From Novakomyces olei (lineage: Eukaryota): a DNA stretch of 64,000 nt. The stretch is from assembly GCA_016906335.1 (NCBI GenBank), contig JADEYG010000007.1, positions 2,232,001 to 2,296,000 of the forward strand, in the 5' to 3' direction. Positions 10,052 to 18,802 of this stretch are shown here, piece after piece (position 1 is the stretch's first letter; each line of letters begins with the position of its first letter). Both the position numbers and the translations under genes were made by a program. The notes under the pieces were generated by a model, which was not told the origin of the DNA, made no database searches, and was given only the letters and a program-made list of their open reading frames with translations.

Positions 10052-13000
10052 TTATTCGCTCACTCCAACTAACTTTGTAAAGTTTTTAAACAGTAGCTTG
10101 CGGAGCGGTTTTGTAAGGCCGTCAGCTGCCATACGAGCGGTTGGTATGTACTTGATTTTTATTCTTTCTGACTCCGTTAGCTCACGGACAAAGTGCCATC
10201 GGATGGCTACGTGTTTTGTCCTTCGGTGAAATTGCGGGTTCTTGGCGAGGGCGATAGCGCCTTGGTTGTCCTCCAGGACAATCATAGGCAATCTGTCGTC
10301 CTCATTGTAGTTCAGTTCCAAGAGGAGCTGTTGGGCCCACAGCACCTCTTGGCCACTGATCGACAAGCCAACATACTCGGCCTCAGTGGAGGAGAGAGCC
10401 ACTGTCGTTTGGAGAGTTGATCTCCACGACACAGGTCCTCCACCGGCCAAGAGTATGAAACCAGAGCATGACCGTCTGGTGTCTGGGTCGCCTGCCCAGT
10501 CCGAGTCCGTATGGACCTTTAGGTCCATGTTGTCCTTGCTGAATCTATACTTGATACTGTAAGTTTTTGTTCCTTTTAGATATCTCAAGACTCTTTTGGC
10601 AGCAGTCAAGTGCTCTTCACTTGGCCGGTGCATATGTCGAGCCAGGGTGTTAACCGCGTAGGCTATGTCGGGTCGCGTCTGAGTCGACGCAAAGAGCAGC
10701 GAACCTATGAGTTGCTGGTACTGCGTTTGCATCTCTTTGGTCGGCTCTGACTCGGGCTGTCCACCAATGGCCTCTCTATCCTCGGCCATTGGGGTTTCGA
10801 TGGCCTTGCAGTCCATCATTCCGAAGCGTTCAAGCATATTAGTGACATAGTGTTCTTGTTTAAGCTCTATGCTTCTATGCTTTCTGTCTCGTACAATTTG
10901 TATTCCGACGAAAAGGTTCGCCGGACCGAGGTCCTTGGCTACGTAAGCCGTTTTAATTTCCTTTTTAATGTCAGCTAACTTTGATTCTGTAGCTGCGATG
11001 ACCAGCAAATCGTCTGTATGGGCGAGAATTATTTCATTCTCGTCCCGGACGAATACTGAGTTATCGGATTTAAGGGGAATGAACCCAAGCTGCCTGAACA
11101 TCTGGCGCAGACATTTGTACCACTCGCGTGGAGACTGTTTTAGTCCATACAATGTTTTGCGAAGCTTGCATACTTGGTCCTTTCCGGTTTCGAAGCCGAC
11201 AGGTTGTTCGACGTACACTTCTTCTTGTACTTGTGCGTTCAGAAAAGCGGTTTCGAAGTCCATCTGGTCACATTCCAGATCTTTGAATGCGACAATGGCC
11301 AATACCATTCTCCACGTCGCGGTATGTACTACAGGCGCAAAGGTCTCTTGGTAATCAATTCCTTCCTTTTGCAAATAACCTTTTACAACCCATCTTGCTT
11401 TGTATTTTTGCACATTGCCTTCTGTGTCTCTCTTTATTTTAAAGACCCATTTGCCTTTTAAGACGTGCTTGCCCTTTTCAATGTCGGACTTGTTCACTAA
11501 CGTCCAGGTCTCGTTTTTGTCTAACGACTTGAGTTCCGCATGGCAAGCTTCGGTCCATTCCCGAGCTTGTGGGGACTCGAGTGCCTCTCGGAGAGTCTGC
11601 GGCTCTATGTAAACTGCATGAGCAACAGTAAGTAGAGACTTCTGCGTTTCGTTTAGACGTGCTGACCGACGCAGGCTCGGCACAGGTGCTTCACTAATTA
11701 TTGTCAGTTGCTGTTCCGGCTCAGCGTGAGTGTTGTTAGCTTGCTCCGGCTCAGCGTGAGTGTTGCTAGCTTGTTGGATTTTTTCATTGTTTGATGAGTC
11801 CTCCTCACTCCTGTCCGCTGCTGTCGTTGTCGGCGGCCCTTCGGTGATAGTGACTTTATCACTGTCCTCACCCTCCGGCTGCTGCAACGGCAGCGGTGTC
11901 AGGAGTGGGGACAAGGCAGCATTTTCTTCATCAGGCACCTGAAAGTTTGGTGGGCTGCTGATGTTGTTGCCGGTGTAGTCATCGATGGTGTTTTCATCGA
12001 ACCTGACGTGACTTGACCGTGTCGTTTGGCCGCTTGGCAGCTGGATTTTATAAATGGTATGGCTTTCGTAACCAACCAGCTTGCCAATCTGTGCACGACT
12101 GCCTAGTTTGTCGCTTTTGACACGTTTTTCATGTGGGATGTGGACATATACTCTGCATCCATACACTTTAATGTGGTCCACTCGTGGCAGTGTCCCATAA
12201 AGTGCTTCATGAGGTGTCATGTTCAGCGTTTTGGTGAATTGTACGTTGAGGAGATATGTAGCTGTCTCCATAGCTGCATACCACATGTCTTCCTTCAAAC
12301 ATCCTCCGATGCTGAGTGCCCTGGCCTTTTCACTTATTAGCCCGTTGCTACGCTCTGCCATTCCATTTTGCTCAGGCGTATATGGCACGGTGTTTTCAAT
12401 TTTAACTCCCAGTGATGTAAGCCAGGGTTGAGCAGAGGTAAATTCAAGACCGCCGTCTGTGCGAATGGACTTTGGCATTGCCTTGAAGTAATTCTTGATG
12501 AATTCAGTCCAGAGCTTTATTGCCGAAAGAACTGAGCTAGCTGTTTTCGAGGTCAAAGGTATGATCCAGCGAAAACGACTGACTTCATCGGTCAAGATGA
12601 TTACGTAGCGGTATCCGTCTCTGGATATTTGGCTCATTGGACCCATTAAGTCCATGTAGACTCGGTCGAGCTTCTCGGTAGCTCGCTCCAGTGTCTGGCG
12701 ATGTACTGTCCTGTGCGACTTGGAGAGTTCGCAGACTGTACATGCACCCTCCGGCTCTAATGCCGGGGCAATGTCCATGCCTATAACATGGTTTGCCGTC
12801 TGAGAGATTGTTTTGGCCGAAGCGTGACCATAACGCTTGTGCCAGACATTCTCTGTGGCTACGATAAGGGCTGTTGCTTCGTCTTTGGACTGGTTTTTGC
12901 TTGTCGGTTGACCAATACAATCCAACATCCAGTGGCCCTTATAACTGATTAGTTTCGTAAGTACCTCATCTTCTCCTGCGTGTCTGACCAAAGGCCCTTC

Positions 13001-14221
13001 AGAGCGTATCTCAAAGTTCAGACCTCGCTCGACAAGTATTGTCATGGAGAGAAGATTGATGGGCAGAGCTGGCACATAAAGTACGTTGCCAAATGTGAGT
13101 TGCGTTACCACACCACTTGGCTTGCGCACATTGAGTGTGACGTTGCCAACTCCTAGGGCCGGAGTCTTGCCTGACCCCGTCTCCACCCACTGATTGTTCG
13201 TGGGCTTAAGGTTCGTAATCCAAGCTGGACTGTTACACATGTGCTGTGTAGCACCTGAGTCCACAATCCATGCCGTTGTATTTGGCACTGCCGTAAAAGA
13301 AGAAACTTGCGCAGAGGCAACAAACGTCTTGGTCGCCTCCTTCGGCCCCCTTTTTGTAACTCCTGGTCTCTTTTCGGGGAACCTTTTCCAACAATTTTCC
13401 GAGAGATGTCCAGTCTTGTTGCAGAAACTGCACTGGTCCCTTTTCTTGTAGTTGGCTCCTTTGGCGACTAATGCCAATTCGGAGTCTGCAACCCGGCCAC
13501 GACTGTGATTTAGAAAGCGTTCTATTATCACGTCAAGGTCTAGTGGGTTCTTTACGTCGTAGGTGTCTTTTTGTATTTGGACAAACTGACTATACTCCAT
13601 TTCTATACCAGTAAGGAAAGTATAAATTTGTGTATATCTTCCGACCTTTTCCCCTGCAGACTCAAAGGTTTCTAGGCGGTCGACGAACTTACGGCAGTAC
13701 TCCTCTGGAGTTCTAGCCTGTTCACTGGGGAGTCTCAGGCTGAAGAAATTTTGGTAGCAAGTACCGACGTAGGAGAAACCTGCCTGCGCATATTCCCTTT
13801 TCAAAAGTCTCCAAACTTCCTTGGGACTTGTAAGTCTTTTCACACGTCTGTTGATTTCAACAGATATATTACTCAAGATGTAGCTTAGAGCTAGGGAGCA
13901 GTTGCGCTTCCAGGTGGCTAGCTCATCGCTTACATCCTCGTAATCGTCGTCGGAGAGGATAGACGCCGTGTCGTCCTCGATCTCGGCCGTCTTTTCGTCC
14001 TTCACTTCCTTGACTTTCTTCTCTGGCTCCTTAATTCGGCCAGAGACGTAACCAAACAAGCCAAGCCCATTGAGATGGGCCTTCATGTTCTGCGCCCATA
14101 TATCGTAGTTTTCAGAGCCTCGGAGCTTCTGAAAAGAGATTTTCGTAGGGGCTGTTTGAGCAGAGTAGCTGCTATTTCCTTGAGGCTGAGCAGGCATATT
14201 CAGTGGTGCGTCTGTTTCCAT
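10052..14221 (-). CDS. Copia Gag-Pol polyprotein, 1389 aa
   Basis: Zn knuckle CSFCNKTGHLSENC, protease WIVDSGAT, integrase HHCC and D(LMGP)/D(GGLEF)/E(RSN), RT KARWVVKG..Q, LYGLKQSPREW, HTDD, RNase H TDSDWAG, TEAEY, EDNQGA, ADGLTK. Confidence 0.98.
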   Translation of the reverse strand: METDAPLNMPAQPQGNSSYSAQTAPTKISFQKLRGSENYDIWAQNMKAHLNGLGLFGYVSGRIKEPEKKVKEVKDEKTAEIEDDTASILSDDDYEDVSDELATWKRNCSLALSYILSNISVEINRRVKRLTSPKEVWRLLKREYAQAGFSYVGTCYQNFFSLRLPSEQARTPEEYCRKFVDRLETFESAGEKVGRYTQIYTFLTGIEMEYSQFVQIQKDTYDVKNPLDLDVIIERFLNHSRGRVADSELALVAKGANYKKRDQCSFCNKTGHLSENCWKRFPEKRPGVTKRGPKEATKTFVASAQVSSFTAVPNTTAWIVDSGATQHMCNSPAWITNLKPTNNQWVETGSGKTPALGVGNVTLNVRKPSGVVTQLTFGNVLYVPALPINLLSMTILVERGLNFEIRSEGPLVRHAGEDEVLTKLISYKGHWMLDCIGQPTSKNQSKDEATALIVATENVWHKRYGHASAKTISQTANHVIGMDIAPALEPEGACTVCELSKSHRTVHRQTLERATEKLDRVYMDLMGPMSQISRDGYRYVIILTDEVSRFRWIIPLTSKTASSVLSAIKLWTEFIKNYFKAMPKSIRTDGGLEFTSAQPWLTSLGVKIENTVPYTPEQNGMAERSNGLISEKARALSIGGCLKEDMWYAAMETATYLLNVQFTKTLNMTPHEALYGTLPRVDHIKVYGCRVYVHIPHEKRVKSDKLGSRAQIGKLVGYESHTIYKIQLPSGQTTRSSHVRFDENTIDDYTGNNISSPPNFQVPDEENAALSPLLTPLPLQQPEGEDSDKVTITEGPPTTTAADRSEEDSSNNEKIQQASNTHAEPEQANNTHAEPEQQLTIISEAPVPSLRRSARLNETQKSLLTVAHAVYIEPQTLREALESPQAREWTEACHAELKSLDKNETWTLVNKSDIEKGKHVLKGKWVFKIKRDTEGNVQKYKARWVVKGYLQKEGIDYQETFAPVVHTATWRMVLAIVAFKDLECDQMDFETAFLNAQVQEEVYVEQPVGFETGKDQVCKLRKTLYGLKQSPREWYKCLRQMFRQLGFIPLKSDNSVFVRDENEIILAHTDDLLVIAATESKLADIKKEIKTAYVAKDLGPANLFVGIQIVRDRKHRSIELKQEHYVTNMLERFGMMDCKAIETPMAEDREAIGGQPESEPTKEMQTQYQQLIGSLLFASTQTRPDIAYAVNTLARHMHRPSEEHLTAAKRVLRYLKGTKTYSIKYRFSKDNMDLKVHTDSDWAGDPDTRRSCSGFILLAGGGPVSWRSTLQTTVALSSTEAEYVGLSISGQEVLWAQQLLLELNYNEDDRLPMIVLEDNQGAIALAKNPQFHRRTKHVAIRWHFVRELTESERIKIKYIPTARMAADGLTKPLRKLLFKNFTKLVGVSE

Positions 14222-14323
14222 TATGACAGGATTGTCAGGTGATAAGGGAGAACAGAATTAATTAAACGATAGTGCTTTTTGGATAGCAAAAAATTTTTGT
14301 TGGCTCTGAAGGCTAACGATCCA

Positions 14324-14334
14324 GGCTCATAACC
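14324..14334 (-). other. Primer-binding site GGTTATGAGCC, complementary to the anticodon stem-loop of initiator tRNA-Met (half-tRNA priming)
   Basis: Abuts the 5' LTR; complementary to GGCUCAUAACC of fungal tRNA-iMet, as in Ty5 and Drosophila copia. Confidence 0.85.
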
Positions 14335-14488
14335 TGTTGAACTTTTGTGTTAAATTTACTAATTCTAGCTACAACCTATATAAATAATTGTATGTGAGTA
14401 TAGGCTTCATAAGCAATAGTGTGTATAAGTTGCATAAATAATAATTAGGTTTGGCCCATATTTAGATGTATTTCAACATATTCCAACA
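14335..14488 (-). repeat. 5' LTR of copia element
   Basis: Identical to 9834-9987. Confidence 0.97.
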
Positions 14489-16540
14489 ATAATATTACAG
14501 ACGTACGTGGAGAGAACATCATCATAGTTCAGAGAAATCATCAAGCAAATTTGGGGAAAATCTAGCGTTAGGGCAAGCCATTTAATGGCTACCCACGTTA
14601 ATTGCAACATGAACAAGAATTGGTCTACTAATATAACAGGTTATACGATTCGTAATGAATGATACCATCAAGAATGTATAAATCTCATTTTTAATGGGGG
14701 TTGATCTAGAGAAACTAGCTGTGAATGTATCTTCTGTTTCTAGCAGATCATTTCTTTATCCCTGAGGCCTAATGGGATTAGATAGCAGTAATTAAAAACC
14801 TTACATAATTCACTATAAAGAGCATCAAGCCGCCAAATATCACAACCTACATATCTAGAGTGGAATATGTACTTAATGAATTCTTCGACTGCACCTTATT
14901 TCAATCACCGGCGCCGGTTGAAGTGCTTTAATTTCCCGCTTAATTTTCCTAGGCCCTTAACGATAATATCCAGGGTCGTAGCAATCGAGACGAGAGCCAG
15001 AAGAATAATGGAGAAAGGTCGCTGATGCTTACATGGGCTTAGAAGGTGACGGCCACTTCTTACGAGTGACAAGTCGATATAGTCGAGAATGGAAAACATG
15101 GAACGCAGTTGCAAGAAACCACCCTTTTCTTCAACAGGACAGTATGTACCGCAAATGCGGATCTAGACCAAACCGGCAAATCTGTAATACTCGAGAATAA
15201 ATCGATAATAGAGGAACCCGGTTAAAGATGCCTTGCGCCAGAGACTTTATTAACATATGCCTAATATCATGCTTGGCCAATATGGAAATAAAACGGCGAA
15301 GGCTTCACTTATTTGGGGAAAAACTAAATTAATAATTTAATTTAAAGTTAAACGTCAATTGCAAATCTGGCAGGTAAATAGAACCGAGATTTCTACGATA
15401 ATGAAAAGTAAAGATGCACCGTGAAATAGAGTCCGCCGACGAGGGTAACGGTCAATGCACCCAAGGACTCTATCGCACGGTGCAATGAAAAATTTATTTG
15501 TAAGCGCCACATGGTTGCTTTGCTGTCAAATATGCGTGTACAGATTAGTCAGCTTGACATAACGGAAAATTTAAGCAGTTGTATTGAGTTTTACCGACGC
15601 GTAGTGTAATGAATAACCGTTACCGTATGAGTGCCAAGAATAAACGTCTAGGCAATTTGTTCCGGCTCGAAATTAAATACAAGAGTTGGCTCTGAAAGTT
15701 GAGGCAGGCATGATTACTACACGTTATCGTTCAAGCGATGGATCGTTCGCGTCAAAATTTCATCTGCTTCTGTTGGAATTACTAGGCTTTTTTTACACTC
15801 AAGTCGAGCTGTATAGTACCAAAATTCTAGACTATTGTATCACTGTAAATTTTTGTTTATTTAATCTTCAAATCACAGCTTACAGACATCGTCGTCAGAG
15901 ACAACGGCAAATAATCATGTTTGAAGGCCACGGTCGGAATCGATCTAACGATTGTCAGGGTTTTCTGTAACGGTAATGAGAGCGGTTCTAATCCCAAGTG
16001 ACGTGAAAAGGAAAAAAGCGCCAGCCACGCGTACCAAAGTGTGCACCGAGAATATGCCGTACATATAATATGATTGGCTCTTAAAACACCAGGAACAAGT
16101 CCTCTTTGAGTAATGTAGTACGCACAGGGTAGAACATTATTTGCCCGATAATATATGCCTAACCTTAAAAAACCCTCACCAGTCAGTCCCCCTGCGTCTA
16201 TAATTGCCTCGAGTATAGAGTCATTTTCTATGTCCGAAAATTCAAGCTAATCTTATATGCCAAAGAATCCTCATCTAAAATTTTTACGAAATTTTAACGG
16301 CCATATTTCAACACATACAAAGCACGTTGTACAAATACTCTATTATAAATATAATCGCCCACCCGCCCCGAGCTCGCTAACCTAAACACACTCTTTCTCA
16401 ACGAGCCTTTGTGCCTACTAACATCCTACTTGTGAGGATAGTTCATTCTTTATCTCAGCAAAACGTCGGTTTCAAGAATCGTCGTCTCGATTTCTCGACT
16501 CTCTTTTCAAGCCTGTAACTCTTCTTAATTCTTCAAACAG

Positions 16541-16963
16541 GTACGTTATAGAAGCGCGCTCTAGTTTGTTTTTTTTAGACGAGCATTGCCGCCTCGTGTC
16601 TTTTCCACGTCTCTCTTTTCCGTGTATGGGCTCTTTTTAACAATCCGGAAAAAAACGCTTTGAGGTGCTTTGCCTTGTGAAATTCCTGTGAGCCTACACT
16701 CTCGTCTTTGTCTGGATACGCTGTCGCACCTATGCTCTTTATTTCACTACTGTACAAATCCTTAAAATTCCAGACAATTAACCAGACAATTAAATGTCTA
16801 GGATTTAATATTACTTGATTCTAATTTTAATTTTATAACTCGGCCTTGATTTTATTGAATAGCCTATATTACTTGAGTTTCACAATTATTTATATCCTTT
16901 AATGTTACTTGAATATTTCACATTTTTGTTTCCTTATTTACGTGTCTAACTCCTTGTTTACAG
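16541..16963 (+). other. Probable 423-nt 5'-UTR intron of the SUN-family gene
   Basis: CAG|GTACGT donor at 16541; CTAAC branch and TACAG acceptor at 16963, 27 nt before the ATG; TATAAAT at ~16345. Confidence 0.7.
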
Positions 16964-16990
16964 GCCGTCCACTCTTTCAAACACCTAAAC

Positions 16991-18169
16991 ATGCGTTCGA
17001 TTGCAATTGCTGCTGGCCTGTATGCCGCTCTTTCTCTTGCTGCACCGGCTCCGGAGTTCGCCAACCGTGTACGTCATCGCCACCACTTGCACCAACGCGA
17101 AGTGAACTATGTCTACCAGACTGTTTACGTCGACCAGTATGGAAACACTTTGACCAGCACGGCTACTGCAGATGCAGAGCAGGCGGACGCTCCGTCTACT
17201 CCCGCTGCTGTTGCAAATGTCAATGCTGCACCTTCTTCGGCTCCAGCACCAGTTTCTCAGGCCCCGGCTTCGTCTGAGGCTGAGTCCTCAGCTGCGCCCT
17301 CTACGAGCCAGCCAGCCCCTACCTCTGTGGCTGAGAGCTCTTCAGTCAGCAGCGCTGCTCCTAGCAGCAGCCCCAGCAGCAGCACTGGCTCTGGTGGAAG
17401 CTCATTCCCCGACGGTGAGATTAGCTGTGATCAATTCCCCAGCAACTATGACGGTGTTGTAGCTCTTGATTACCTCGGTTTAGGCGGATGGACCGGTATC
17501 CAGATTAACAATGGTGCCGGAGGCTCGTGCACTGAGGGAGCCTTGTGCTCTTATGCTTGTGCTCCTGGCTTGCTCAAGAGCCAATGGCCCTCTGACCAGC
17601 CGGCTGATGGCCAATCTCGCGGTGGATTGTTGTGCAAGAACGGCAAGCTCTCCCTTACACGACCTGAGGAATCAAACCTTTGCATTTCTGGCTCTGGTGC
17701 TGTTACTGCCCATAACACTTTGGGCCAGAACGTGGCTATCTGCCAGACGGACTACCCTGGCTCCGAGAGCATGGTCATCCCGAGCAATGTGGACCCTGGT
17801 TCAACTGTCGATATCGCTGTGCCTTATAGTGACAGCTACTACTCCTGGCAGGGCAAGCCTACCTCGGCTCAGTACTATGTCAACAGCGCTGGTGTTTCTC
17901 AGCAGGATGGTTGTTTGTGGGGAACCAGCTCGGAAAGCAAAGGCAACTGGGCTCCTCTTGTCTTTGGCGCCGGCTATTCTGGTGGTACTAACTGGCTTTC
18001 TATCACACAGAACCCTCTTACTTCATCACAGGCAAACTACAACGTCCGTATTGATCAGGTCTCTGGAAGCCTTAGCGGCTCTTGTAAGTTTGAGAATGGT
18101 GCTTTTGAGGGTGGTAACAATGGCTGCAGTGTTTCATGCTCTGGCACTTGCCAGTTTGTGTTCTACTAA
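16991..18169 (+). CDS. SUN-family (GH132) secreted beta-glucanase, Psu1/Sun4/Uth1-like
   Basis: Signal peptide, His-rich propeptide, Ser/Ala/Pro-rich linker, FPDGEISC, LGGWTGIQ, CSYACAPG, GGLLC, CQTDYPGSE, SAQYYVN, GNWAP. Confidence 0.95.
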   Translation: MRSIAIAAGLYAALSLAAPAPEFANRVRHRHHLHQREVNYVYQTVYVDQYGNTLTSTATADAEQADAPSTPAAVANVNAAPSSAPAPVSQAPASSEAESSAAPSTSQPAPTSVAESSSVSSAAPSSSPSSSTGSGGSSFPDGEISCDQFPSNYDGVVALDYLGLGGWTGIQINNGAGGSCTEGALCSYACAPGLLKSQWPSDQPADGQSRGGLLCKNGKLSLTRPEESNLCISGSGAVTAHNTLGQNVAICQTDYPGSESMVIPSNVDPGSTVDIAVPYSDSYYSWQGKPTSAQYYVNSAGVSQQDGCLWGTSSESKGNWAPLVFGAGYSGGTNWLSITQNPLTSSQANYNVRIDQVSGSLSGSCKFENGAFEGGNNGCSVSCSGTCQFVFY

Positions 18170-18600
18170 GCATCATGCAAAATTTTTCGTCCGTGCCTGT
18201 GTCTGTCTACAGCTGGTTTAGTAGACTCCTTTTAGCGGCGTATTGTGCGGGCGGCATTGTTGCTCCCAAAGCCATTAGAGTACCCCTTATTCCCTTGTGA
18301 TGTTTTAATGTTGAGTATAGTATCATATATTCTTACAAACTTCTTTTGTCGTTCTTTTTTCTTTGCCTTATGACAGTATAAAATTATTGAAAGTGGCCTA
18401 CACCTTTGGCGAATTTTCGATTAATTTTATGGCGCATCAATAAACATATCAGTGTTGCATGGCCTGTCGGATATATATTCAAGTTACTGAACTCTTCTTC
18501 TCGGAAAAAGTTTCCTTTAAATATATTATTATTCATGGATGGAAATTATATTCACTTATCGGCATAAATGAAGGCTATTTATTTTTTTTTCTGATGCTCC

Positions 18601-18802
18601 GCCATTCCGGAATGTTTATGTATGGCTCGTGAGTAGAAGGATATTGTGTCTGGAGTGTCTTCGGGATGGCTACAGATGGGCACGAGTTTGGCTCCTAGAG
18701 AACGAGAGTCTCGAATTAGGCTCAGCATGTCGCGACCTTTGGCGTTCTCTATTGTTTCATGCTGGGCATGAACTAGAGTTTGTTCAATGGTTTATACTTT
18801 TT
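18601..18802 (+). ncRNA. Candidate structured ncRNA of unknown family (~200 nt)
   Basis: Nested complementary stems found by eye (GGCTCGTG/CACGAGTT, TAGAGAACG/CGTTCTCTA, GAGTCT/AGGCTC, TTCATGC/GCATGAA, terminal GCCATT/AATGGT); G-U pairs favour the + strand; T5 at 18798; no credible ORF. Confidence 0.35.

Larger units (their letters stand above)
9834..14488 (-). mobile_element. Full-length Ty1/copia LTR retrotransposon (4655 bp)
   Basis: Two identical 154-bp TG...CA LTRs, ATAAT target-site duplication (9829-9833, 14489-14493), PBS, PPT and an intact single gag-pol ORF in PR-IN-RT-RH order. Confidence 0.98.

Noticed and set aside
14905..15970. Short ORFs upstream of the SUN gene
   Set aside because: Non-ATG starts, no recognisable motifs; more likely extended promoter sequence.
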